From contig JAEUIC010000019.1 of assembly GCA_016795285.1 (NCBI GenBank), forward strand, positions 10,442-74,441: a stretch of 64,000 nt of DNA, in the 5' to 3' direction. The first letter of the stretch is position 1. The number at the start of each line of letters is the position of its first letter. The notes under the pieces are model-generated. The model saw nothing but the letters and a program-made list of their open reading frames with translations. It made no database searches and was not told where the DNA came from. The position numbers and the translations under genes are program-made. This document shows, piece by piece, positions 31,001 to 40,355 of the stretch. The stretch is from Planctomycetota bacterium (GTDB lineage: Bacteria > Planctomycetota > B15-G4 > SIAN01).

Positions 31001-31217
31001 CACCGCGCTCCGTCCCGGACGAGTCGATGAGGCGTGCGAGGTGGCCCTGCTTCGCGGCGGCCAGCTGCTGCGCCGGACGCAACTGCAGGCCGGCGACGCG
31101 CTGCGCGTGCGGCTAGTCGCCGGGAGCTACCAGGCGATCGTCGAGTACGACGGGACGCCGCCGATCGAGCAGCGCTTCGAAGTCGGCGCGACGGCGCTGG
31201 AGGTCGCGCTGCCGTAG
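28065..31217 (+). CDS. Large secreted protein (1050 aa) built of multiple carboxypeptidase-regulatory-like (CarboxypepD_reg / Cna-B-like) beta-sandwich repeats
   Basis: Signal peptide MPRRSLALAIPALLLLALGFALW. Recurrent modules such as GRVIDAPTGEPLSGAAVMLNDSQSFRQGGNSGADGRFTLPF, GTLVDDAGRPLGARL, GRVQDGAGAPVAGANITATPLDGSARYGRSQADGTFAIAGL, GTLVDERGAPLAGA...DADGRFEF. Divergent from blaI. Confidence 0.65.
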   Translation: MPRRSLALAIPALLLLALGFALWRTVASDGPSVVAPATPPPVPLPHDAERAAVGAAADAAIVPERALATPTSDLPTVEVVPGRALLLGFIADRAGVVVDTSTLWFGEPGGRADRTPATRSAIEGGEYALPSLPAAIVPFRIEAEGFATLELALDLRAGGVLRHDFLLDRPASLTIQLVRPDGSPWSLFHVPSPTGGVAADEEARRVAWFASGAGVIATEALPPARYPPTSGSRAERHGLGEFRRADEQAPRGDKVAAIPSRAFGALETPRLPVEVSLLFMHEVVATQRVTSAEAPVRFVIDPTQLARLFGEVRGRVIDAPTGEPLSGAAVMLNDSQSFRQGGNSGADGRFTLPFEKPGWKTAQVEMPGRARWQRSVLVEAGVVTDLGDLAIDVGLTLRGTLVDDAGRPLGARLHAWPLDGHTLGAPFGAHHYWGVEEPGKFEISGLGKGRYVIGAQGDEEPTLQARAIVDLTSGSPPSLPLVMMAATLVEFEPGLAPGRFVVSSLQRSDGVLELASLSRTDHRFQARLLPGSWCWTLHEEGRELRRVTFQVGSKPLRISIAEGAAEATIAEVDASGTANRASSGSETDLPTLLPAAFPGLVRGILLVGRVQDGAGAPVAGANITATPLDGSARYGRSQADGTFAIAGLAADRFDLRARATGCVPALAKVDLAANREPPAVVLTLERATVVEVHLEDETGAPLSRAFAQRFPHSQLAQEVRVIATLDAPGATVSRSTRGVGQWRPNWQGGPGTLELSVPPPLFVSALHAGRALASAELAEGEASIHLHVPVAELDAARATLRFRLVDADSGAVVMRAFAGLTGLNGSTHGDAVDLPAASGGVITLADQQAGRRNLSIALDGQVFFNLIVELPPGETVDLGDLLVRSPTALRGTLVDERGAPLAGALRLVHLGLDGQPTLEGTFHQVEADADGRFEFSTALPRVRLQPSTGEYALDPTIIDVAAAEAAGGELQVVLRSGVATALRPGRVDEACEVALLRGGQLLRRTQLQAGDALRVRLVAGSYQAIVEYDGTPPIEQRFEVGATALEVALP

Positions 31218-31309
31218 CTCGCTGCTCGCAGCTCCGCGCGCTACGCTCCCGCCCCCTTCGCCGCGCGCGCGACGCCGCCGGCTCACATCGTCCCCCTTCG
31301 AGCACCGCC

Positions 31310-32311
31310 ATGACCGCTGCCACGACTCCCTACGGCTACCTCGACCTGCCGCCCGAGCAGCGCGACTACGCGACGGCGCGGATCGCGGTGCTGCCCTGCC
31401 CGTTCGACGGCACGTCGACGTATGGCAAGGGAGCTGACCAGGGGCCGGCGAAGCTGATCGAGGCGTCGGGGCAGGTCGAGTTCTTCGACCTCGAGCTGCG
31501 CCGCAAGGTGTGCGAGCGCGGCATCGTGACGCTGCCGGCGGTCGAGTTCGTCGACGAAGATCCGGCGAAGGCGGTGGCGGCGATCGAGGCGGCGGCGCTG
31601 CCGGCGGTGCGCGACGGCAAGTTCCTGCTCGGGCTCGGCGGCGAGCACTCGGTCTCGATCGGCCTCACGCGCGCCGTGCGGGCGGTGCATGGCCGCTTCT
31701 CGCTGCTGCACGTCGACGCGCACGCCGACCTGCGCGCGGAGTGGCACGGCTCGCCCTACAACCACGCCTGCGCGATCCACGCGATCGCCGAGGACGACCG
31801 CGAGGCGACCATCGTCTCGATCGGCATCCGGGCGGTCGGCGAGGACGAGCTCGTCTACGCGAAGGAGCGCGGGGTCCACCTCTTCCCGGGCCACACGCTG
31901 CGCCATCGCAAGGACTGGATCCGCGAGGCGGTCGCGCTGCTCGAGGACCCGGTCTACGTGACGATCGACCTCGACGGGCTCGATCCGACCGTGATGCCGT
32001 CGACCGGGACGCCGGTGCCGGGCGGGCTCGACTGGTGGCAGGTGGTCGACCTCGTGAAGGAGATCGGCGCGAAGAAGCGGGTGATCGCCTGCGACGTGAA
32101 CGAGTTGAAGCCCGACGGCGTCAACCACCACAGCGAGTTCCTCGCCGCGCAGCTCTCCTACAAGATGCTGAACTGCTTCGTCGACCCGCCGCGCCCCGCG
32201 AAGGCGCGTGCCGCCGCGAGCCGCGGCGCGACGAAGGCGGCGAAGAAGCCAGCGACCAAGGCCGCGACGAAGCCTGCGACGACACGTTCGAGGAAGCGCG
32301 CCGGTCGCTGA
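31310..32311 (+). CDS. speB: Agmatinase/arginase-family ureohydrolase with lysine/alanine-rich basic C-terminal tail
   Basis: Mn-binding motifs GGEHSVS, DAHADL and DLDGLDP. Tail ...AKARAAASRGATKAAKKPATKAATKPATTRSRKRAGR. Confidence 0.85.
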   Translation: MTAATTPYGYLDLPPEQRDYATARIAVLPCPFDGTSTYGKGADQGPAKLIEASGQVEFFDLELRRKVCERGIVTLPAVEFVDEDPAKAVAAIEAAALPAVRDGKFLLGLGGEHSVSIGLTRAVRAVHGRFSLLHVDAHADLRAEWHGSPYNHACAIHAIAEDDREATIVSIGIRAVGEDELVYAKERGVHLFPGHTLRHRKDWIREAVALLEDPVYVTIDLDGLDPTVMPSTGTPVPGGLDWWQVVDLVKEIGAKKRVIACDVNELKPDGVNHHSEFLAAQLSYKMLNCFVDPPRPAKARAAASRGATKAAKKPATKAATKPATTRSRKRAGR

Positions 32312-32338
32312 GCCCCCGCCCGCTGGCGCGGTGGCGGG

Positions 32339-32509
32339 GTTGATTCTTCCACCCGGTGGCGGGGTGGATTCTTCCGCCGACCGTCGCGCCGCTCCGTTCG
32401 GTCCACGGCAGCGCGTCCTCGCGAGCACTCCGCCGCCGGGCCGGTCGGAAGAATCAACCCCGCCACCACGGTCCGCCGCCGGGCCGGTCGGAAGAATCAA
32501 CCCCGCCAC
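32339..32509. repeat. Nested inverted-repeat element: four copies of a ~21-26 bp motif (GGTGGCGGGGTTGATTCTTCC...), two forward and two reverse, around a ~48 bp centre
   Basis: Forward copies at 32339-32359 and 32365-32393 (one mismatch plus a 3-nt insertion). Reverse copies CGGTCGGAAGAATCAACCCCGCCACC at 32442-32467 and 32484-32509. The last two lie within a 42-bp perfect direct duplication (32429-32470 / 32471-32512). Sits in the convergent intergenic gap between speB and the ABC genes. The listed ORFs 32158..32469 and 32208..33536 here are translations of the repeat. Confidence 0.8.
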
Positions 32510-33318
32510 CACGATCGGTGGGTCAGACGAGGTAGGCCTTGCGGCGGAACTTGAGGAGCGCGAGGGCCAGCGCGATGGCGCCGACCCAGGCGAGGACCTG
32601 GAGCGAATCGGCGGCGGGCAGCAGCTCGAGCTCGTAAGGGCGCGCCAGCGTCGTGTAGCGCTCGTCGCCGGAGAGGCGGGCGAGCAGCGTGTAGACGTGG
32701 TGGAGCAGCGTGTAGCGCGCCATGGTGCCGGGCATCGACGCCGCGAACGGCTCCCAGACGAAGAGCAGCACGAGGCCGACCAGCAGCGGCCACTTGATCA
32801 CCACCGACAGCAGCACGAAGACCGCGCTGTACGCCACCATCGAGAGCGCCATCCCGGCCAGCGCCGTGCCGAGCAGCGGCAGGTCGACCCACAGCGCCTC
32901 GCCGCCCATCTGCCCCACCGTCGCCAGGTAGAGCACCGCGTAGGCCGCGCCGAGCAGCAGCGACGACGTCACCACCGCGGTGAGCCAGCGACCGAGCAGC
33001 AGCGCGCTGCGCGGCACCGGCCGCGTCAGCAGGTAGGGCAGCGTCTTGCCCTCGATCTCCTCGCCGATCGCCCCGCACCCGACGAAGAGCGCCACGATCA
33101 GGTTGATGGCGGGGAAGCAGAGGTTGGTCAGCACCGCGATGAAGCCGACGCCTCCCTTGTAGCCCGCCCCCTCGCGCCAGAGCTCGAGCCCCGGCGCGAT
33201 CAGCGGCAAGAGGCAGAGCAGCGCCAGCGTGGCGCCGCGCCGCCCGCGCAGCAGCGCGAGCCCCGAGACGCGCACCGTCACGGCGATGCCGTCGAGCAGC
33301 CCGCGCCGCGGCGGCCGC

Positions 33319-34322
<1,004 letters not shown>

Positions 34323-34326
<4 letters not shown>

Positions 34327-35305
34327 CGGGTGCCCGCCTCGACGACCACGTCCTGCCGGCGCAGCACCGAGACGATCACCAGCAGCGACGCGCCGCACCA
34401 GCAGAGCACCGAGGTGGCCGCCTGCAGCGGCGTCGACGACGCGAAGATCTTCACCGCCTCGAAGACTCCCTCGAGGTTGCCGCGCACCGCGCCGTCCGCC
34501 TCGCTGGTCGCCTTCTCGAAGAGGCCACCGATGTCGTAGAGGTGGTAGCCGAGCGAGAAGAGCGCGTCGTTGATGGAGACGGCCGCCAACGCCGAGACGC
34601 CGCGATGGCTGCCCGCCATCGAGGTGAACGACGGCAGCAGGATCACCAGCGAGAACCAGATCAGCCCGGCGAACATCGGCCGCCGGCAGATCGAGGAGAC
34701 CGCGAGGATGGTGAGCGAGTAGACCAGCACCACCGCGCCGTTCTGCACGATGATCGGCACCAAGTGGGGCAACGCGGCGGTGAACGCCCCGTCGGCCGGA
34801 TCGGAAAGGACCCCCATCAGCCAGAGCAGCAGGTTCGGCACCAGCGTGAACATCGCCATGAACCAGCCGATGATCCCGAGCTTGCCGAGCACGTAGTCGC
34901 CGAGCGTGAGCGGCCGCGACAGGTAGAGCGGCAGCGCACCGCTCGCGCGATCGCGGGCGATCAGCCCCGAGCCGAAGATCACCGCGTAGACCATCAGGAA
35001 CATCGAGTTCAACCGCGTCAGCGCCGGGTACTGGATCACCCGATAGGGCGCGAGCTGGTCGAAGATCGCGAAGGTCTCGACCGGCAGGAAGTTGGGCCGG
35101 AAGTAGAAGAGGTAGTTGAGCAGGAAGAGCAGCGCCGTCGGGACGCAGCTCGCCGCCATGAAGCCGCGCAACGAGAGCGTGAGCAGCCAGCCGCCCTTGG
35201 TGGCGAGCGCGTTCTTCACCCCCATCGCGACGATCGGCGCGGCGCGGAACGCGCGACGCTTCAGCGTGCCGTCCCAGCGGCGGTAGGAGCGGTCGTAGAC
35301 CGGCA

Positions 35306-35306
<1 letters not shown>
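34323..35306 (-). CDS. ABC-2 type transporter permease
   Basis: Real start MPVYDRSYRRWDG... at 35306 (ATGA overlap with the upstream ATPase stop). The 5' part of listed ORF 34323..36431 is the out-of-frame shadow of the ATPase gene. Confidence 0.7.
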
Positions 35307-36313
<1,007 letters not shown>

Positions 36314-36485
36314 GCGCGTCTCGCAGGCGACGAGGCTTCGGGAGGCGGCGCATGATAGGTCGCAGCCGACGCCGCCGAGCGCGGCGCGCTTCGGCGCGCC
36401 CCGAAACCGGCCGGGCGCCGCCGCGGTTCACCGGCCGCGCCGACCGCTCCCGCGCGCGGTGGTCGAGCCGTGGCGTCCGCCGCGG

Positions 36486-37640
36486 TCAACTCGACGCGGC
36501 GGGCGCCGCGACCTTGTCGAAGTCGCCGCCGTCGGCGCTGCGATTGACGAGGTAGCAGCTCTTGCAGGCGCCGTAGGGATCGTCGGAGTGGACGCGCCGG
36601 CGCATCTCGCGGTACTTCGGCCCGTTCCACTCGGTGAAGAAGTCCGACTCCTTCACGTTGCCGTTCACGTGGATGCCGGCGAGGCAGCACGGCACGACGT
36701 CGCCGAACGGCCCGACGTACATGCGCTGCCAGAGGAACCAGCAGCGGATCGGCGGCGGCCGCGGCGGCGGCGCCGCCCCATCGCTCGCGGCCACCGCGAA
36801 CGGCGGCGGCAGGTTGACCGACAACCCGAGCTTCCGCGCCACCTCGGCGGCCCGCAGCAGCATCTCGTTGGTGCGCTGCTTCGACTCGAGCGAGCCGTCG
36901 AGCATCTCCTCCTGCACCGCCGGATCGGCGACCATCCGCACGAGGTGGGAGACGGTGACGTGGTCGCCGCCGAGCTCCTTCGCCAGCTCGAGGAACGCCG
37001 GCAGCTCGGGCAGCGTCCGTCTCATCAAGATCGTGTTGAAGTGGAGCGGCGCGCGCTGCGCGGCCGGCAGCGCCGCGCGCGCCTTGCCGTAGGCGCGCAC
37101 GTTGGCGACCACCTCGTCGAAGCGCGCGCCGATGCGCAACGAGTCGTAGGTCGCCGCGGTGGCGCCGTCGATCGAGACGGTCAGCAGCCCCATGATCCCG
37201 GCCATCCGCTCGAGGAGCCGCTCGCCCTTCATGAGGGTGGCGTTGGTCACCATCTCGAGCTTCACGCCGAAGCGGTCCATGTCGTCGAACTTCTCGGCGA
37301 GGCGCGGCGTCATCATCGGCTCGCCGAACGCCGAGAGCTGGACGATCTCCGCGGCCGGATAGAGCTCCTCGAGCACCCGCTTGTAGACCGGCTCCTCCAT
37401 CCGCCAGTCGATCCCCTTGCCGTACGCCTGCGGGCAGAAGCTGCAGGAGAGGTTGCAGACGGTGGAGTTGGTCGTGTTGATCCAGGTCGGCAGCGAGTCG
37501 CACACCTCGGCGTCGCGCGCCTCCGCTTCCTGCGCCCGCCGGCGGTTCTCCGCCTTCAGCGCGGCGAGCTCCTCGCGCGACGGCACGGCGCCGGCGCGCA
37601 CCCGGGCGGTCACCTCGCGGAGTCGGTCGAGGAAGTCCAT
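36486..37640 (-). CDS. Radical SAM enzyme with C-terminal SPASM-type auxiliary cluster domain
   Basis: ATG at 37640 (MDFLDRLREV...). The N-terminal ~45 aa are a charged helix. CNLSCSFCPQ is the CxxxCxxC radical SAM motif. The C-terminal ...CWFLWQRMYVGPFGDVVPCCLAGIH...GACKSCYL is a SPASM/twitch-like Cys cluster. The long upstream part of ORF 36486..38261 is R-rich junk. Confidence 0.8.
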   Translation of the reverse strand: MDFLDRLREVTARVRAGAVPSREELAALKAENRRRAQEAEARDAEVCDSLPTWINTTNSTVCNLSCSFCPQAYGKGIDWRMEEPVYKRVLEELYPAAEIVQLSAFGEPMMTPRLAEKFDDMDRFGVKLEMVTNATLMKGERLLERMAGIMGLLTVSIDGATAATYDSLRIGARFDEVVANVRAYGKARAALPAAQRAPLHFNTILMRRTLPELPAFLELAKELGGDHVTVSHLVRMVADPAVQEEMLDGSLESKQRTNEMLLRAAEVARKLGLSVNLPPPFAVAASDGAAPPPRPPPIRCWFLWQRMYVGPFGDVVPCCLAGIHVNGNVKESDFFTEWNGPKYREMRRRVHSDDPYGACKSCYLVNRSADGGDFDKVAAPAASS

Positions 37641-37656
37641 GCGTCCCTTCGCTGGG

Positions 37657-39438
37657 TCAGCGCGCCGCGAGCGCGAGCGGCTCGTCGTGGCCGGTGAGGA
37701 AGTCGTGCCGCCAGAGCGTCCCTTCGGGCGCGCGCAGGTAGTAGAGATAGCGCCCGCCGGCGCCGAAGGCGGGCGGCGTGTCGAGCCGCACCGCCGCGCC
37801 GATGCGCCGCGGCGCCGCGGCCGCGTCGGCGGCGAGCGCCACGAAGGTCGCGAAGGCGAGCCCGCGCGCGCTGCCGGGCGCGCTCGCCGGCGTGGCGAAC
37901 AGGAGGCCGTTGCTGCCCGGGATCGGCAGCGGCTCGAACGCGCCACCCCAGACCAGCGCGGGCCGCTCGCCCTGCAGCGGCGCGAGGCGCACCACCTGGT
38001 GGCGCGGCGCTCCGTCGTCGCCGTGCGGCGGCGGCGACTCGCAGAAGAGCAGCAGCTCGACGCCGTCGGCGGCCGGCTGCACCGCCGAGACGTGCAGCGG
38101 CAGCTCGATGCGCCACGGCGAACGACCGTCGCGCGCGCAGAACTGCAGCTGCGTGCCGGTCGCGGTGTCGACCAGCGCGCACCACAGGTAAGGAAGCGCC
38201 AGCACGGCGCGACAGCTGCCGCGCGCGCACGGCAGCACCGCCTCCGCGACGCCGGACGCATCGATGCACTCGGCGCGACCGTCGACGCGCGCCCGCACCA
38301 GGAGCCCGTCCCCTTCGACGAAGGCGACCCGGCGCAGCCCGTCGACGCGGCGCGCCACGGTGCGCGGCCCCGCGAGGTCGTGGAGGCGCTGCACGTAGGT
38401 GCCCGGCGCGCGCTGCACCGCCTCCAGCACGAGGCCGCTCGCCGACGAGACGGAGAGTTCGCCGACCAGCCGCCGCCGCGTGCCCGTGGCGAGCTCGAGC
38501 AGCACGAACTCGTCGGGCCGCTCGGTCGCGACCACCACCACCGCGCCGCCGGCCGCGAAGGCGACCGCGCGCGGCTCGTCGTCGAGGTCGTGCCAGCGCG
38601 CGCGGCTCGCCGAGTCGCCGTCGTCGTCGCCGTCGCCCGCGGCGGCGAGCGGCAGGAGCAGCACGCCCGCCGAAGCGCTCCGCGTGCGGCGCGTCGCGAT
38701 GGCCAACGTGCCGCTCGCTTCGTCGAGCGCGAAGGAGCAGGCGGGCGGCCGCGACGACGGCGGTGACGCCACGGCGCCGGCGAACGCCTCGCGCGGCGTC
38801 GTCGACGCCAGCGGCGGGTAGCGATCGAGCAGGCGCGCGCCGCGGCCGCTCGCCGTCGCGCCGAGCTTGAAGGCGCCGTCGTTCGCGCGATCGGCCGACT
38901 CGAGTGGCTCGAGCGCGAGCCCCGGTGCCACCTCTGCGACCGCCAGGTCGGGCGTCGCGCCGACCACCAGAAGCGACTCGATCCGCCCCAACCAGAGCGT
39001 CCCGTCGCCCCGCCGCCGCAGCGGCAAGCGGAAGTCGAGTTCGAACGGCCCCGAACGGAGCGCCGTCCCGGCGCCGAGGAGGCGTTCCTCGGCCGAGCGC
39101 GCGATCCAGTCGGCGAACGGATCGTGCGTCTCGCCGAGCGCGACGCCGCCGAGCGTCGCCCGTTCCACCACCACGTCGAGCGGCGCGAGGAAGGCGACTT
39201 GTCGCGCCCCCTCCGGCAGCTCGAGCGTGCCGCGCCACGAACCGACCAGTTCGAACGGGTCGTCGTGGCCGGCGAGCGCGAGCGTCGCGCCGACGAGCCG
39301 CTGGCCGGCGAGGTGTTCCGCCGCGAGCTCCGCGCCGGTGCGGTCCGCCTCGAAGGGCGCCGTCTGCGCGAGCCGCCACGCCGCGCCGAGCAGCGCCGCC
39401 GCGCCGAGCCACCCGAGCGCGACGGAGCTGCGCTTCAC
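37657..39438 (-). CDS. Hypothetical secreted protein (593 aa), no recognisable family
   Basis: GTG at 39438 overlaps the stop of the upstream PfkB gene (GTGA). Signal-peptide-like VKRSSVALGWLGAAALLGAAWRLAQTAP. Balanced composition thereafter. The 5' part of listed ORF 37657..40329 is R-rich junk. Ends 16 nt before the rSAM start. Confidence 0.5.
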   Translation of the reverse strand: MKRSSVALGWLGAAALLGAAWRLAQTAPFEADRTGAELAAEHLAGQRLVGATLALAGHDDPFELVGSWRGTLELPEGARQVAFLAPLDVVVERATLGGVALGETHDPFADWIARSAEERLLGAGTALRSGPFELDFRLPLRRRGDGTLWLGRIESLLVVGATPDLAVAEVAPGLALEPLESADRANDGAFKLGATASGRGARLLDRYPPLASTTPREAFAGAVASPPSSRPPACSFALDEASGTLAIATRRTRSASAGVLLLPLAAAGDGDDDGDSASRARWHDLDDEPRAVAFAAGGAVVVVATERPDEFVLLELATGTRRRLVGELSVSSASGLVLEAVQRAPGTYVQRLHDLAGPRTVARRVDGLRRVAFVEGDGLLVRARVDGRAECIDASGVAEAVLPCARGSCRAVLALPYLWCALVDTATGTQLQFCARDGRSPWRIELPLHVSAVQPAADGVELLLFCESPPPHGDDGAPRHQVVRLAPLQGERPALVWGGAFEPLPIPGSNGLLFATPASAPGSARGLAFATFVALAADAAAAPRRIGAAVRLDTPPAFGAGGRYLYYLRAPEGTLWRHDFLTGHDEPLALAAR

Positions 39439-40355
39439 GACGCGCTCCGCACGACCACCTGCGCGGCGAGCTCGGCGCAGCGGACCGCCTCGAACTCGCA
39501 GACGAGCAGCTGCTCGGCGTTGGCGGCGCCGGCCGCCGCGCCCGCGCGCAACGCCGCCTCGAGCGGCTCTCCGCGATCGAGCGCCAGCGCGAAGGCGCCG
39601 GTGAGCGCATCGCCCGAGCCGACCCCGTTCACCTCGCGGATCGGCGGCGGCGTCGCGACCAGATGCGACGCGGCGGTGACGCAGTGGAGCGCGTGCGGAC
39701 CGTCGGAGACGACCACGCCGTCGGCGCCGAGTTCGCGGCGCAGCTGCGGCAGCGCGGCGGCATCGGCGAGCCCGTAGGTCGAGCGCAGCTCGTCGAGGTT
39801 GGCGCGCACCCAGTGCGGCGGCACGCGCGCGGCGGCGTGCGCGGCGGCGCCATAGGCGTCGAGCACCACCCGCTTGCCGGCGGCGCGCGCGGCGGCGACG
39901 AACTCGCGCGGGAGCTCGTGGAAGGCGCCGTCCGGCGTGCTGCCGTTCACGGTGACGGTCGAGACGCGCGGCAGCAGGGCGGCGAAGCGGGTGCGCAACT
40001 GATCGGCCTCGACGGCGTCGCCGCCGCGCCCCTCCTCGAGGAACTCGCGGAAGCGCAGGTTCGTGGCGTCGTAGAGGCAGGTGGAGAGGCGGGTCGGCGC
40101 CGCCACCGCGACGAGCTCCGCCTCGACCCGCTCGCGCGCGAGGCAGTCGCGCAGCATCGCGCCGGTCGGGCCGCTCGCGGTCGAGAGCGCCACCGCCTGC
40201 CCGCCGAGCCGCACGATCACGCGCGCCGCGTTCAGCCCCTTGCCGCCCGAGCTCGAACGCTCCTTCACGCCGCGCACGACGGTCCGCGGCGGCGCCTCCT
40301 CGCGGAAGACGAGGTAGCGATGGACGCACGGATTGAGCGTCACCGTGAGGATCAT
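39435..40355 (-). CDS. PfkB-family carbohydrate kinase (1-phosphofructokinase/tagatose-6-P kinase-like)
   Basis: MILTVTLNPCVHRYL is a FruK/LacC-type N-terminus. ...NGVGSGDALTGAFA is the PfkB C-terminal ATP-binding signature. ATG at 40355 overlaps the kinase-gene stop (ATGA). Confidence 0.8.
   Translation of the reverse strand: MILTVTLNPCVHRYLVFREEAPPRTVVRGVKERSSSGGKGLNAARVIVRLGGQAVALSTASGPTGAMLRDCLARERVEAELVAVAAPTRLSTCLYDATNLRFREFLEEGRGGDAVEADQLRTRFAALLPRVSTVTVNGSTPDGAFHELPREFVAAARAAGKRVVLDAYGAAAHAAARVPPHWVRANLDELRSTYGLADAAALPQLRRELGADGVVVSDGPHALHCVTAASHLVATPPPIREVNGVGSGDALTGAFALALDRGEPLEAALRAGAAAGAANAEQLLVCEFEAVRCAELAAQVVVRSAS

Noticed and set aside
36486-37640. Anaerobic sulfatase-maturating enzyme (anSME) identity for the rSAM/SPASM protein
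   Set aside because: The only sulfatase-like gene in the window lacks the C/S-x-P-x-R target motif and is 33 kb away. The enzyme's immediate neighbours are kinases, an orphan and ABC exporters.
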